Source of the DNA: Chrysomallon squamiferum
Lineage: Eukaryota > Animalia > Mollusca
NCBI GenBank assembly: GCA_012295275.1
Contig: CM022678.1
Span: 1,178,001 to 1,242,000, forward strand
Length of the DNA stretch: 64,000 nucleotides
Direction: 5' to 3'
Shown piece after piece: positions 25,969-40,535 of the stretch. Under the pieces are notes generated by a model. The model was not told the DNA's origin. It worked only from the letters and a program-made list of their open reading frames with translations, and did no database searches. Position 1 is the first letter of the stretch; every line of letters begins with the position of its first letter. Both the position numbers and the translations under genes were made by a program.

Positions 25969-27016
25969 GTGAGAGTAATTAATTAGAAGTAAGTTATTAC
26001 GTAACAACCTTGTAAAAATTGTGTTTTCATAACAATTTCTAAATAACATAATCTAACACCTCTGCTTAAAAAAATACAGTATAAAAACATAATAATAATA
26101 ACAATAACATTAACAATAATAATAATAAAAATAATAATATGAACAGTAACTACACAAGTAAGAACAGTAATAACAGACAACAGCAATAGTTTTGATAATT
26201 ATGTTTACTTCAGTTGACATAACTAATATACTAAGAACAATTAATGTCCTTATTGTATTTACTACAAAATAAAAATATTACTTTGTATTAGTATTGTGAT
26301 AATTAGTTAACTACAAAACTAAGGTACAAGTTAAAATAATTATTGTGATAATTTTTATATTGATTATAAAACTAATATATATGGTAGTATAGCTATTTAT
26401 ATTTACTACAAAACTAAGGTATAAGTTAATATAACTTTTGTAATAGTAATTATATTTACAATACAACTAAAGTATATCTATGTATGACTGTTGTGATAAT
26501 TATTTTATTATAAAACTATAAATGTATATCTGTCTAGATGTCTGTACATGTGTATGTCTATACATATGTGTATATGAGAGAGTGTGAGCAGTATAACACT
26601 GTTATATGAATAAATACTAAATCTGAGTTTTGTTGAATTGAATTAAGTTAAAATAGTTTATGTATCATAGTTTAATTTTGTTTTTAATAAATTTTATTTC
26701 ATGCATTGTTAAAGAAAAAACATACTGTGATAGAATAATGCATTCTACAAGTTCCTGTGACATCCTCTGACATTCACTAGTGACATAGTTACACACCAGT
26801 GTGCCTGCTAATGGACTGTTCCTTATAAATTCATTTTGTAAATGGACTCACAAAACACAACTTCGTTTATTTCAACTTATTTATTATCTTAATTTCCTCA
26901 TACAGGGTAATTAATAATTGATACATATTGTTATGATTTCCTGTGTGTCCATATTTCATGCAATCTTTCTGTTCTTTGATATGTTTCAACATACATTCTG
27001 TGGCATTGGCATGGAA

Positions 27017-27255
27017 TATGATAAATGTAATGTTTGGTATATATGAGTGTTTATTCACTAGGTTGGGATAGAGTATGTTAAATGTAATGTTTGGTATGTT
27101 TCAGTGTATATTCTCTAGGTTGGGGTAGAGTATGATAAATGTAATGTTTGGTATATTTCAGTGTATATTCTCTAGGTTGGGGTAAAGTATGATAAATGTA
27201 ATGTTTGGTATATTTCAGTGTATATTCTCTAGGTTGTAATGTTTGGTATATTTCA
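27017..27255. repeat. 57-bp tandem repeat, about 4 copies
   Basis: Unit tatgataaatgtaatgtttggtatatttcagtgtatattctctaggttggggtagag. Confidence 0.9.
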
Positions 27256-28859
27256 AGTTGGTTGCTCTGGGACTGAAGTTGGAATGATGATTACAAACAG
27301 AAGCACAGGAAATAACACAGACATCCACCCAAGTGTTGACTGAGTTGAAAGTAGAGTTTTGGAGAATTTCTGTGAGTTTTCTTTTACTTGTAGCCAGGTG
27401 TTTCAGACTGATGTCACTCACAGTACAGCACCTCAGCAATCAGGTCTTTCTCCTGTTTTTATATCTGCTTCCACATTCCTTGCGAAAAAAGCAAAAAGAA
27501 AATTAAAATAAGAAAATGTTTCCCGAAATGTTGGCTGTTGACAGTACATCATGCAGTAGGTTGTTATAAGCAGAGTTCACTGTAACATCTGTAATCTGCA
27601 AAAAAACAATCTTAATTCTTTTGTCTGTAGAAAAAAACAGCACACTCTGGAATCTTTCACAAGAAAATTTAATCTCTTATGTTTGTGTACAAACTTGAAT
27701 CTCTTTCAAGTGTCAAAAAAAGAAGGAAAAAGACAACAACAGTATAATATGTTTAGTCTGTTTTTATTTTGGTTTCAGTGTGCATTAAGATTACATAATC
27801 ATATGAAATACTACATATCTATACACAATAACCCATTAAAATACTCACAAACATAATAATAATAATAATATTAATAACAATAATAATAATAATAATAATA
27901 AAATGATCGTAGCTGCAGAATACCTATGTCTTGGGTATTAAAGCATCGAATTAACCATTACTTATTTAATTATTTAGCCAATTCATAAACATGAGAGAAG
28001 TAAATAAATTTAAGATATTAATTCAGTATTCTGGGGAACTTTGTAAAGCACGATATTATTGTTTACTACACGTAGTTGGTACCTTCACCCTCCACACTCT
28101 TTCTGTCTCTTTCTTAGCCTGCATGCAAACCAGTTTCAACACGTTTGTAAAAGTCGTAACGATCTAGCCATACTCAAATAAATGGTTGATTTGAATGTGA
28201 CCTCAACGATAACAACAAACTGTGTGGGTCCTAAAAGTTCTTTATTAAAACTTGAAGCCAAACATGTGACGTCAGTTTGAACAGAAATCACGCAATGTCG
28301 CCTGTGCACGTGCTGTCACATGAGTAACAGTATTGAAAGATCACCGACTGAGTTAAACACAGCTGTCCAGTCTTTTTGCCAGTCGTCAGTGTTAATAGTC
28401 TGAGGTCATATTATTATGTACAGAATGTAAAATGTTTATTAAAACCAATAAAATCAACTAATGTGGTTACAGAACAAACTGTACTTAGATGTACATTGTC
28501 AAAACGACGAGAAATCTGCATATTAGTCACCTGTTATTCATCCTGTGTGTAGAAATACAAAACTTTTTTTTTTCTTTTGTTACTGTGCGTAGTTCATGTA
28601 CAGAAACTTAGACAGATCGCGTGTTAACCGTGTTCACGGTTGAGTTGTAAACAAGGAGAATTTAAAATCTGTATAGCTGCACTCATTGTTAGAGAAAAGG
28701 AGAAACAAAATGTTGTTGTACTAGTGCTGAAAATACTATTACTAATACTGACTAATTTTGTCTGCGAAACAGTAGGTCAGATTTCAAACTTTATTGTCAA
28801 ACTAACTTCAATATTGTGGTTGTTGTTGTTGTTGTTAAATTGAATTATATCTTTGTATA

Positions 28860-28891
<32 letters not shown>

Positions 28892-29086
28892 ATAATAATA
28901 ATAATAATCAATGAAGGAATAAAATGTCTTGAAGTAACTGATTTTATGAAAATACAAAATTGAAATTAATTGATTTTGTCAAATATTGATGCTGATGTAA
29001 TAAAGTAACAGGTTAATTTCAATATACTGATATGGTATAATTATAATTTAATACTGAGCTGTAATCTAAAATGGCTATTCCTTATT

Positions 29087-29642
29087 TATAAGAAAAGAAC
29101 ATATTTCTCGCCCTTGTATACTTCTCATATATACTTTTTGTTATATTTAGAACGTATGTAAAACGTGTTTACATTGTCACCAAACAACCGGAATAACACA
29201 CTATGTGCAAACCTGTCACTTGTGCTCGTATAAAAATATCACCTGATGTGTCTAAGTAGGCTATCCACGGAGTGAGCAGACGGTGTAGAATTTGTGACAA
29301 TTCGTTAGTTGAAAAGATTCCAATTTTATTTCGATTTCAACTACAGGTAGGTAAAACTTATACTATACTGCTATTACTACACTGTTAATTGTTTGTTTAT
29401 TTCATAGTATAAAATTAATTATTTTATTTTATTTATGTTTTGTTCTTTTTGAGGCGAACATGGACTGTAACATCAGAAACTCAGCTCACTTTCGCGTTCT
29501 CATTTTAAAATAATACATCAACAATTATGAACTAATAAAACTGCACTGTAAATAAATAAATATTATCTTTTATAATATATTTTTCATTGAATAATAGAAA
29601 GTCAAAATACATCTTTGCATAAATAAAAATATAAATATTACA

Positions 29643-29683
<41 letters not shown>

Positions 29684-30420
29684 ATAATAATAATAATAAT
29701 AGTAATAATAAATAAATCAATCTTAATAATAATATAGTAATAATAATAATAATATTAATAATAATAATGTTTGTGTATGTATTATTTTAAGCTATATTTG
29801 AGCTTACTATAAGAAAAGAACATATGTCTCGCCCCTGTATACTTCTCATATCTTTTTGTTATACTTAGAACTTATGTAAAACCTGTTTACACTGTCACCA
29901 AGCAACCAGAGTAACACACTACCTGCAAATCAGTCACATGCAAATCAGTCAGGTGTCATACAAAGAGGACGATTCACAGAGTGAGCAGAAGGTGTACAAT
30001 TTGTGACAATTCGTTAGTTGAAAAGATTCCAATTTTATTTCGATTTCTACTACAGGTAGGGAAACCTTTTACTACACTGCTATTACTTCATTGTTGATTG
30101 TCTGCTTATTTCATAGTACAAACTTAATTATGTTATTTTAGTTTAGTTTATTTACTTATGTTTTGTTCTTTTTGCGGCGAACACGGAATGTAACATCAGA
30201 GACTCGGCTCACTTTTGCGTTTTCATTTTAAAATAATACATCAACAATTATCAACTAATAAAACTGCATTATAAATAAATAAATAAATAAATAAGGATTA
30301 TCTTTTATATTATATTTTTCATTGAATAATAAGTTGAAATATATCTTTGTATAAACAAAAATATAAATATGACATACCACTACTATTACTATTACTACTA
30401 ATAATAAATAAATAAATAAA
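29087..30420 (+). repeat. Tandem duplication of a unit of about 720 bp (29087-29807, then from 29808); third partial copy at approx. 20314-20700
   Basis: Both copies begin tataagaaaagaacatat.tctcgccc.tgtatacttctc and share gagtgagcaga.ggtgta.aatttgtgacaattcgttagttgaaaagattcc. Confidence 0.85.
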
Positions 30421-30496
30421 TAAGCAGCATCTATGAATATGTTGTTCAGTTATTAAGCAGTCGAAAAAGGAATAAATATCTATGGAATATCTGCTT

Positions 30497-30529
<33 letters not shown>

Positions 30530-30559
30530 CAACAACAACTGAAAGACTTGGTTCCGTCT

Positions 30560-32215
30560 CTCTGCATTCTATAAGTAATGTGTATCTTGTTACATATGAA
30601 TCCAGTAAAGATGATAAAGTAGTGCAAGGTCTGTGTATGTCAGATACAAATAAGTTTATTACACAACACATTTCAGTCATACCGCGACTATACGTAATCA
30701 CTCACTATTTGTCTGTGTGTGTGTTTGCAATTTGATTAACTGTTCAGTATGGAGAATCTTCTCTGTAGAATTATTTTTGACTAGGAGTCATGAAAGATTC
30801 ATATTAGTTTATTGTTAAATTTCTTGTATTTATTACATTATTATTATTATTTTTTTTTTTAATTAAATTACAAATTAAAACAAAGATAAACAGTACGATA
30901 TCACCTGATTTGGTAAAAGTTTGAGAACGAAGAGTTTTTTTAATTAAAATTCAGTTTTCTCTGTCGTTACATTTTAAAATAAACAAGCTCACTGCTCACT
31001 GTTGAGTTGTCGTTGTTGTTGTTGTTCTTCTTATTATTAGTATTATTATTACTATCTCTATTGTTATTTTAATGTGAGTAGAACATGTATAGACAGACCG
31101 CACGTTAACCATGTTCATGGTTGAGTTGTAAACAAGGAGAATTTGAAACCTGTATAGTTACACCATTCAAGATAATATCGCTAATACTGCCTAGTTTTGT
31201 TTGTTAAACACTAGGTGACATTTCAAAGTTTAATGTCAAACCATACTTCATAATTATTGTAGTTCTTGTTTTTATTGATTTATTATTATTGTTATTATTA
31301 TTATTAAATCGAATTATATCTTTTTATACACAACAAGAACAATAGCAATAATGATATTAATAATAAGAAGAAGAAGAATAAAAAAAAGATAAGTGCTTTA
31401 AGAGAAGCGATGTTTAAGTATAAACACTTGACAAACAAGCAGTTTGTAAAAATAATAATGTGTACTTTGTTCAGTTGTCTTATAAAATAGTCGATGGATG
31501 AATAAAATGTTTACGAAATAACCGATTATTTGAAAATACAGAACTGAAATTAATTTGGTATCGTCAAATATTGATGCTGAAGTTGCAGAAAAGGAGGAAT
31601 GATTATGACAAGCCATTAGCTCAAAAATATTTAGAAATTTTAGTCACCGTTAATAAAGTAACAAGATAATTTTTACATATTCTTTTATTATAATTATAAT
31701 CTAATACTGAGCTGCAATTTAAAACTGCTAAAATTGATATTCCTTATTTCAGTTTTATTTATTAAATAATTTCTTGTTATATTTATTAAATAATTTCTTG
31801 TTTTCATTAAATCAAATTATTCATTAAATTATGTGATTAAGAAAATTAAAAGAAAGATAAATACTGCGTTATCATCTGATATGGTAAATATTTGATAATG
31901 AAAAGTTTATTATTAATACTCAGTATTTTTCTGTCGATATATTTTACACTAAATAATGTCACTGTTACTTTTTTTTGTCACGTAGACACTAATTAGGAAA
32001 GAACAGACTTTACTGTTATACAAGCGTTTATTGTTTTATATTATAGAAAATAATATTTGGCCAGTTTTAAAAATAAATGTGATAATGGAGATTTCTTGCG
32101 TGTGTGATTGTTCATTATATATATATATATATATCCTTTATCCTCTATGTATATCATTGTCATGTTTAAATATTTCAAATATGATACCGTACAGTGATGC
32201 TGGTATGCCGAAGAT

Positions 32216-32249
<34 letters not shown>

Positions 32250-35200
32250 TGTGGCTACTCATGCTCCAAATCTGGTGTTTTCTGTACCTACAGTAACACT
32301 TTAATTAGCAATACAAACGAAATTACATTAAATACTCGCTATGTCAGATGTACATTAAAACGCCCAGTAACATTTACTTAATAACAGATGTTAAAACTAT
32401 GTCATGCGCAGCTAAAGCAGCCAACCATGGAGAAAAATCGTCATAGCGTCGAAAAAGAAATTCACAAAATCTGTTTATTAACTGAAATCATCGATAGGAA
32501 AAAGAAATGTAAATGATTCGTTTCTGGAAAAATTCATGTCGTGTTTATTATCGATTGGAAAAAAGAACTATAAATCATTTCACTGGAAAGAGTCCTGTCA
32601 AGTCTCTTCTAATTATCATTCTTTCAGTGTCTGAGAGTGTGTGGCTTAAGTGCCGTACAGTGTATTAAAAAGAATAAAAGCTATTTTTTATCTGTTATTT
32701 TTTTTCTTCTTACAATGTGAAAAAAGAAAATTATTATTATTATTGACTTATTTCCATTATATTTTCTCGTTCTGTATGTCAATTTCTCTGTCCCATTTTG
32801 GAGAGTGAGTGTGTGTGGGTGTGTTTTGCAGTTCTGCTTGTATTCTAATTTGTATATATAGACACATGTATCCAATAAAGATGACAAAATACTTTTTACC
32901 CAAACACCTGTGTCTGTGTAAAACTGATATAAACACTTTTATTAGAGCAGTCATTTTATTTGTACCATGAGAGTGAAGTTGGCAGTAATAATCAAACACA
33001 CATACACACACATACATGCTAACACACATATCAGCCGTACTCTTGTAATCCTAAATAACACAAAAATTAAAAGTAATTGTTTTCTTTCTCAGTTTGACCG
33101 CTCTTGAGAGTAAAACCTCCACTTGTGTTTATTTTGTTGTTGCTCTACATTTTAAAAATAATTATATAAAACTATTTTAAGACCAAAACCAGTAGTTAAA
33201 TATGAAAGAAGTAACTGAGTAATAAGTATATATGTACGTATGTATATGTGTGTGGGTATAAATGTATGTATGTATGCCTTCATGTGTGTCTCTATGTATG
33301 TATGTATGGATGTGGTTGTGTGTATATGTGTGTGTGTGTGTGTATCTGTGTTTGTGTTTGTACAGATTAACCAGTTCTTTTTCTTTTCCTTTGTGAAAGA
33401 TAATTTCAGCTAATAAACAGGTTATTTTATTTGAAGCAAATATAGGCATATGACTAAATGAAAAACTTATCATTATATTTGAAATTAACTGTTCGTAGTA
33501 TCAGATGCAGGTTACTTTTTGAATTCAGTGTAAGGTACATTTAGTAAATGTTGAAAACTGTTATAAAAGTATAATAATTTACAAACTACAACCACAGTGA
33601 TAAATCGTTTTTATTTTTTTATATTTTTTTTTTTTTTTTTTTAATCTGTATTGTACTGCAGTATTGTAGTTATAATATTTTACATTTTTTCTAACAGTGT
33701 GTGTGTGTGTGTGTGTGTTACCTCTTGGTGATAGGTCTATTATTAAAAAGTGTATTTTAAAACTATCACTCCAATCTTGTCTTATGTGTTTCAAAAGAAG
33801 AATATGATTTATAATTTTGTTTTTGATCTGATTTTATTTTATTGATTTATTTTATTGATTTTATTATAATCATTGTTGTTATTGCCGTTAATCTTCTTCT
33901 TTTTCTTTTTAAAATTTTATTTTACCTGTTTTTTTCTCTTGTTTTTTTCACTTTATGTAATACCTGTATAAACCAGATCCTAGGTCAGTCATTTTCACGA
34001 TTGAGTTGCAAACAAGGATAATTTGAAACCTGTGTAGTTACACTCATTGTTAGAGAATACAAAAATGTCGTAACAGGTGTATTGAAGATTATTTTACTGA
34101 TACTGCCTAGTTTTATCTGTCAATTGCATTTCAGATTTCAAAGTTTAATGTCCGCTACATTTCAGTACTATGATTATTATTATTATTATTATTATAAAAA
34201 AATGTACTGTGTATAAGAATTATCCTAGTTATTCACTATTTATAGATTCATTGATATGTTTGTTTATAATTAAGTTTATTTATATCTGTGTGTGCGTTTG
34301 TGTGTGTGTGTGTGGGGTTGTATATATGTATATACAGATACAAACAATAATTAAAAAAAGAAACAAAATGAAATGAAATCATATAAATAAGTAAGCAAGT
34401 AAATAAGTAAATAAGTAAGTAAGTAAGTAAGTAGGTAAGTAAGTAAGTAAGTAAGTAAATAAGTAAATAAATATATAATGAAGTTCCTGGTCACGAGACA
34501 TGTTAGGCTCCCGTGGATGATCTTGGATTTATTTGCTCAAGAAAACGAGAACAATACACTGTACCAGAAATAAATGAAGCGAGATAAACCAGGATTATGA
34601 GACATTTGACGTTGACTTAAAGTTATTGTAATCTGAGGAGAGGACGAGAAAGAAGAACAAGATTAAAACAAAATAAAATTTAATAAATAAATAAAAGTAA
34701 AGAATGTTAATATGAATGTTTTTAAAAAAAAAAAACATACAACAGTATATTTATCTCCATATAGATCATATTATTATTCATTGTACATCGTTGGTACATA
34801 CTAAACCACTATCCCTATGTGTGTCTGTACCCAATATAAATGGATTGCTTAGAATGAGAAATTTTAGTATTACTCAGATGATGTTAAAGTTGTTTATAGA
34901 TAACTGTAATTTGACGAAAGGAGAAAAAAGAAGTAAAGAAAGAAACAGAAACAACTTGCACTTACCTGTCACTGATAGATAAGACAATAGAAATAAATTA
35001 TTTATTTTTTTATTTATTTATTTATTATTATTATTGTTTACTAACTTTCAAGATTAATGTGAGATATCTGGATGCTAGTGAAGTGAGCTTTATTCAGATT
35101 GTGAAACAAAAAATTATAACAGGACAAAAAGCCCAAAAGAAACAAATAAAAATTTGGAAAATAATGTAAAATAAAAATAAAACAAAATAAATAACTTTCT

Positions 35201-38200
35201 TAGGATCCATAGAAATTTGGCAAAATACTGCAGAAAACACAAGTACAACACAATAGAGATGCTTCCATGGCGAGGTAACCAAGTGAAACAAACGAGTAAA
35301 ACGCGTGATGCTGGATGGATGTTGTGTTGCTCCAACTAGCGACAGCAATTCTGAAGTTCGCTCGTAAGTCGGATTTAGGTTCGCAACTCAAAGCAATAAC
35401 TTGAGGTACCACTGTATTTATTTTATTTATTTTATCAATTATTAGTTGTTGTTTCTTTTTTCTTCGTTTTTCTGGTTTATTTGGTGTTTTTTTTCTTGTT
35501 GTTTGTGTTGTTATTTTCTTCTCTTTTTTTTAGATCATCTTTTATTGTGGAATTTCGTCTGATTAAATATCTCAACTTTATTAAATGAAAATTATATTTT
35601 CTAATTTTTTATAAGTTTCAGAATGAAATAAGAGATCATCTTTACATGATCCGACAGATACAAGTAAATGTTGTTTCTGTCTTCAGAAAGTGTAATAAAA
35701 TTTATACATATATTTATCATCATTATTATTATTATTATTAATATTATTATTATTATTATTATTATTATATTGAGAAGCCATTAAAATCATGTTTTACCCC
35801 AGTATCCACATTTTGAAATTTATTAGCCGGAGCATGCCCTCGGACACAAACATAAATTTGCGCAGTTGCCCATAAGGAGTGAATCAGTTGAAAACTGCTT
35901 TTTTTCCATGCTCGACATATTTAGAATATTGTTCAGAGGAGCATGTGATGTATACTACAATAAACAGTAGCAATTGACCTTTCTAATGCATACATTGTTT
36001 TTGTTTGGATTAAAGTGTGTTATTCTTAATTATTAGAAATGAACTTAAAGCAATGTGTCCTCTCTAAGTAAGTGGATGGGAATGGGTTGTGAAGGAAAGT
36101 ATTAGATGTCACCTTGAAAACAATAGAATGAATAGTTGCATAAATAGCAAAGAGTATTATTTATTCTTTTTATTTATTTATTTATTTATTTATTATTTTT
36201 ATTTTTCCTTGTCCTCCTTATGTTAAAAATACTGATAATTTTTGTACGAGCAAACTGATGTTAGTGATTTCAAGGGAGGTAATTTATGATCGCCGTGTTG
36301 AGTATTTTAACTAGTTAATATTTCTTTTCAGTTTATATTTCAGTTCAGTCTTTTAAATAATTACATAATTTTAATGAAATAGTGATGATGAAAGTGATGA
36401 TAATGATGATGACGATAATAATAATAATAATAAGAAGAAGAAGAAGAAGAAGAAGAAAGCTGAAGGAAAGGAAAAGAAAAAGCTTTTTGGTGAAACTTGA
36501 TAAATTGCCACATGTTGAAAGTTATCAGATGTTAACATCAAATGCTTGCATGCAGAAACTGGATAATCCTCAAGAACTAAAATGTACTTAGGTTCATATT
36601 ACAGAATATGTTAGCAAAATGTTCTATGTTTTACCCTGCATCTGAGCTGAACTCGGTCATTTCACCCCATCCAAAACCTACATCTTTGTGTTTTTGTTTT
36701 TTTTTTGTTGGTTTTTTGTTGTTGGTTTTTTATTGAAAAATTAGAGAACATCATCAACCATAACTGTTGTGTGAATAAAGAGACAGGGTTCATACATGTT
36801 TTTGAAAGACATGGAAAGTTTTGGAAATTCCTCACGGTGTTTTCCAGCACCTTAAAAGTTTTGGAAAATCAGCTATGTTACCTTAGCTACAGAAATGTTA
36901 TGAAAAATTATATCCTTGCCGTAATTTTTTTTAAGAAAAACTGGTTTCTTTCACCAACATTTAGCCCCGACCCAGCGCCCTGTTTTTGCCTGTATAATGA
37001 GGTGCCGTTATAGCCTAGGCAAAGAAAATAGTTCCGTTTTGGTACTGGCTCCGTTTCAGCCTGATCCGGAAAGATTAACTCAGGGTATCTGCGCTTGCGC
37101 AGGAAATGCGTTTAGCCCAAAACAACTATATTTTGTTTTCGGTGTTCCAGTTTTTTAATCTGTTTAATTATCAATAATACATGATGCTTGTTGCAAACTT
37201 CTATCAGACTGGCAGAGCAGTTGTGTTGTGGTAGCGCTAAGTGGACAGTGTAATTGATTACAGCACTGGTACATGCTACTTACAGAAGCAGTTTATACAA
37301 TATTTAAAACTGAAAATCATGTATAAACTGCCCCCATGTGATATTTTTCATTTACGGTTAGGGTTTAGAGCGATGAATAGGAAATGGGGAAACATTTTAA
37401 TGTACTCAGTGCTTTGATATTAATCGCGACAAAATCTCAGCCTGACGGTGAGCGCCACAAGAAACGTGTGACAAGTCTGCATCTGACCATGATCCCTCGT
37501 TGGCTGCAAATTTACCTTATCCTAGACTTTTTAATCAAATCAATACAAAATTGCATGAATTTATTTATTTTATTTTATTTTTTTTCTCTCCTGATGATTG
37601 TTTATAGTAAAAGAAATTTTGATTTTGTTACTGATGTCATAAATTGTGAAATAATGAAACTCAGACAAAGTCCAACTTATCCTAGACCCATTTTTAAAGG
37701 TTTGGGTTAAATTCAATACGAAAATTGCAACAATTTATTTATTTTATTTTTTTGTCCTTTTGATTGTTTGGAAAGTTTTGAAAAGGAATTTTTATTTTGT
37801 TACCAATGTTATAAACCCTGATGAAATTATTTCTTTTTTTCTAAAACTATCTATAATACACTAGGGAGGGGGAGACATATATCGTTCCAAGATTAAATTT
37901 GGTTTGCCAGTACCTACAAACACACGCACGCTGATATGTTACTACATGTGTTTTACCTAATCGAACGTTTTCAACTGTTAACACAATTTCCGGTCGTGGT
38001 CGCAACCCGGTTTATACTTTATGTGACTGAATAGAACCACGTGTTTTAAAATGCCGGCATGTTGTTAAATATCAGAATATAAAATGCTTAAGAAAGCTGA
38101 TAATGTACATTATTTTTTTCATTCGGTTAAAGATATAGTTCCTTGGATTTTTACATTCTTCTTCTTCTTTATGCGCGATAACTTTTCTTTGTTTTTGGTT

Positions 38201-38438
38201 ATAGGGAATTAGTATAATCCAAAATGGCGCCGGCATGTTAACTGTTTGCGATACAATATCTGTTTATTACTGAAATTCTCGAAATGTTTAGGAAATTAAA
38301 TTTAATAAAATAGTCTGAAAATATGGTCTATATATGAATTATGATTCAGCAGTCAGTATTGTAATAAAAGACATACGTCTTTTCACAGTTATTTATTTCA
38401 TGTGTGTCTACTGCTATTTTTAAATAAATAGTAGCAGT

Positions 38439-38503
<65 letters not shown>

Positions 38504-40050
38504 TATACACAGACACATATGTATGTGTGTAAAATTAATGTTTTTAATTTTACATCATTGGAGGCTAAAACTGTATGAAAAGTTTTACAAGAATGTTTGC
38601 TTTCTGTGTTAAATTTATCAGACATAGAATATAAAGTTGAGATACAGTAACTTTTTCAAATAATATTTGGCTTTCTTCTGACAGACAGCAATTCTGTTTA
38701 TGGGCTGTTTGAAAGAGTAACTTTTTCAAATAATATTTGGCTTTCTTGTAAGACAGACAGCAATTCTGTGTACAGACCTTTGGTTGGTTTTATCTGTTAT
38801 TGGGAAAGTGAAGAAGATAATTAACTAATTATCAAAGAAAATGCTCCTTTCATTAAATTATTATTCTAGAGTTATTTCCCTTATAGGTTTTGTTTCTGTT
38901 GTCCTTGTTCCTTCTCTCTGCATTCTATAAGTAAGCGAATGGTACTTTGAATATAAAAACATGTATCCAATGTCCATTCAAGTCTGATATACATAAGTTT
39001 TAGACCTGTCATTTTAGTTGAACCACAGCAGTAAACTTAATTAGTGAAATAGAATGAACTTATAAATTGTTACTGTTCATATATAAACTATATATCTTTA
39101 AGGTTACAGTGACCACTTCATATAATGAATCTCTCCACACACAGACACACACATACACAGATACATACACAGATATACACAAATATATATAGGAATTGGT
39201 TATTTTGTTGTCATATAAAATCAAAACAAAGGTTTGACCTGTTTTAAAGCTGAATAACTTTACTATTTGTTAAATAAAACAAAAACTATTTTTTTGTCAA
39301 TAAATCAAAACTGGTTTTTCAAAATGGTATTTTAAGACCTAAATCAGCAGTTAAATATTAAATGTCTGTGTATGTGTGTGCATGTAAATACACAATTGTT
39401 ATGAGTAAACACACATCCATCATGAAAACTTACTTGGTACCTAAAAGTAAATTTATCTAGTCATCACATCTTTCCTCTATGTACATTTAAATATCTTTAT
39501 AATGCTGACATTGGTGTTCAACTGATGTTGTTATAATGAGTTGAGTGATAAAACAAGTTTACTGAGATAATGAATTACTACAAATCTCAAAACAAGATCC
39601 AAAACACCTCATTTCTTGCTTGCTCAGTAGTCCTAGCTACTAGTAAAACTATACTGAGTTATAAACATGTTTTTTATTTTCTAATTTTCTTATTGTTTCA
39701 TAATCAAGTATTAACAAATGAATTTAACAACAACAATAATAATAACAATAATAGTTTTAGTTTCACACACATGTAATTTATCTTTCTAAGTCTTAGATAA
39801 ATTGTAATCCTACATACATCTACATAAACTAGATGACCCTGTAGTAAAACAGTACGCACAAGCACATTGTGTTTCTACATAGTCATTTTGATTTTGTCAC
39901 TCTCTAGTTCATTTTATTTTCTTGATATTTAATCATTTTAATTTTCTTCATGTCTAAGTTGTTAGATTTCCTGTGTATAGAGGATTTTTTGGAGAAAAAA
40001 ATATGTAGTAACTGTTTGTGACAAATTTCCTTTTTATTAACTGAAATTCT
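30560..40050 (+). repeat. Segmental duplicate B, upstream region of the NLR-like gene
   Basis: Same collinear blocks as duplicate A, with private insertions such as approx. 36800-37800. Confidence 0.75.
38220..38233 (+). promoter_or_regulatory. YY1-type motif CAAAATGGCG in putative promoter copy B
   Basis: ataatcCAAAATGGCGccgg, identical core to 23897 while the flanks have diverged. Confidence 0.45.
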
Positions 40051-40247
40051 GTGTAAGAAAAGATAAAATAATTCATCAGTGAAACTAAACATACAACAAT
40101 TTTGATATGGAAAAATTCTTTTAGAAAAGAAAATATTTATGGTATAATATTTTATTTATTTTATTTTATTTTCTAAATGAAAATTGACACAAATATCAAT
40201 AATACATAAAATTTGAAAACATCTATTTTGTTTTGTTCTGTTGACAG

Positions 40248-40535
40248 GACAGAAGAGTTTCATGATCAGTGAATGACAAATGGTTTAACATAGAACAGCT
40301 AAAATCTGAAGATGGGTTAAACTGAATTGTAAGTAAGTAAATTATTTGAGAGTAATGTATCACAATAATAAAAAAGGAAAATGTATTACTTGACAATATT
40401 AATTTAAGAAGAAAGTTAAATCAGTATCTAATTTTTGTATTGTTCTATTGACAGGACAGTAGAGTTGTATGGTCAGTGTCAGAAAACTGGTTTAACATTA
40501 AACAGCTAAAATCTAAAGATGGGTTAAACTGATTT
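40248..40535 (+). other. Two tandem 81-bp exon-like units (40248-40328 and 40455-40535), probably 5' UTR exons
   Basis: Each has ttgacag| and |gtaagtaag; sequences are similar; the first has stops in all three frames. Confidence 0.5.

Noticed and set aside
27017-27255. 57-bp repeats as a CRISPR array
   Set aside because: No spacers; an ordinary minisatellite.
27394-27443. Possible phase 2-1 exon QVFQTDVTHSTAPQQS after the exon ending at 25968
   Set aside because: Weak donor (gtcttt) and no recognisable similarity; cannot be supported without transcripts.
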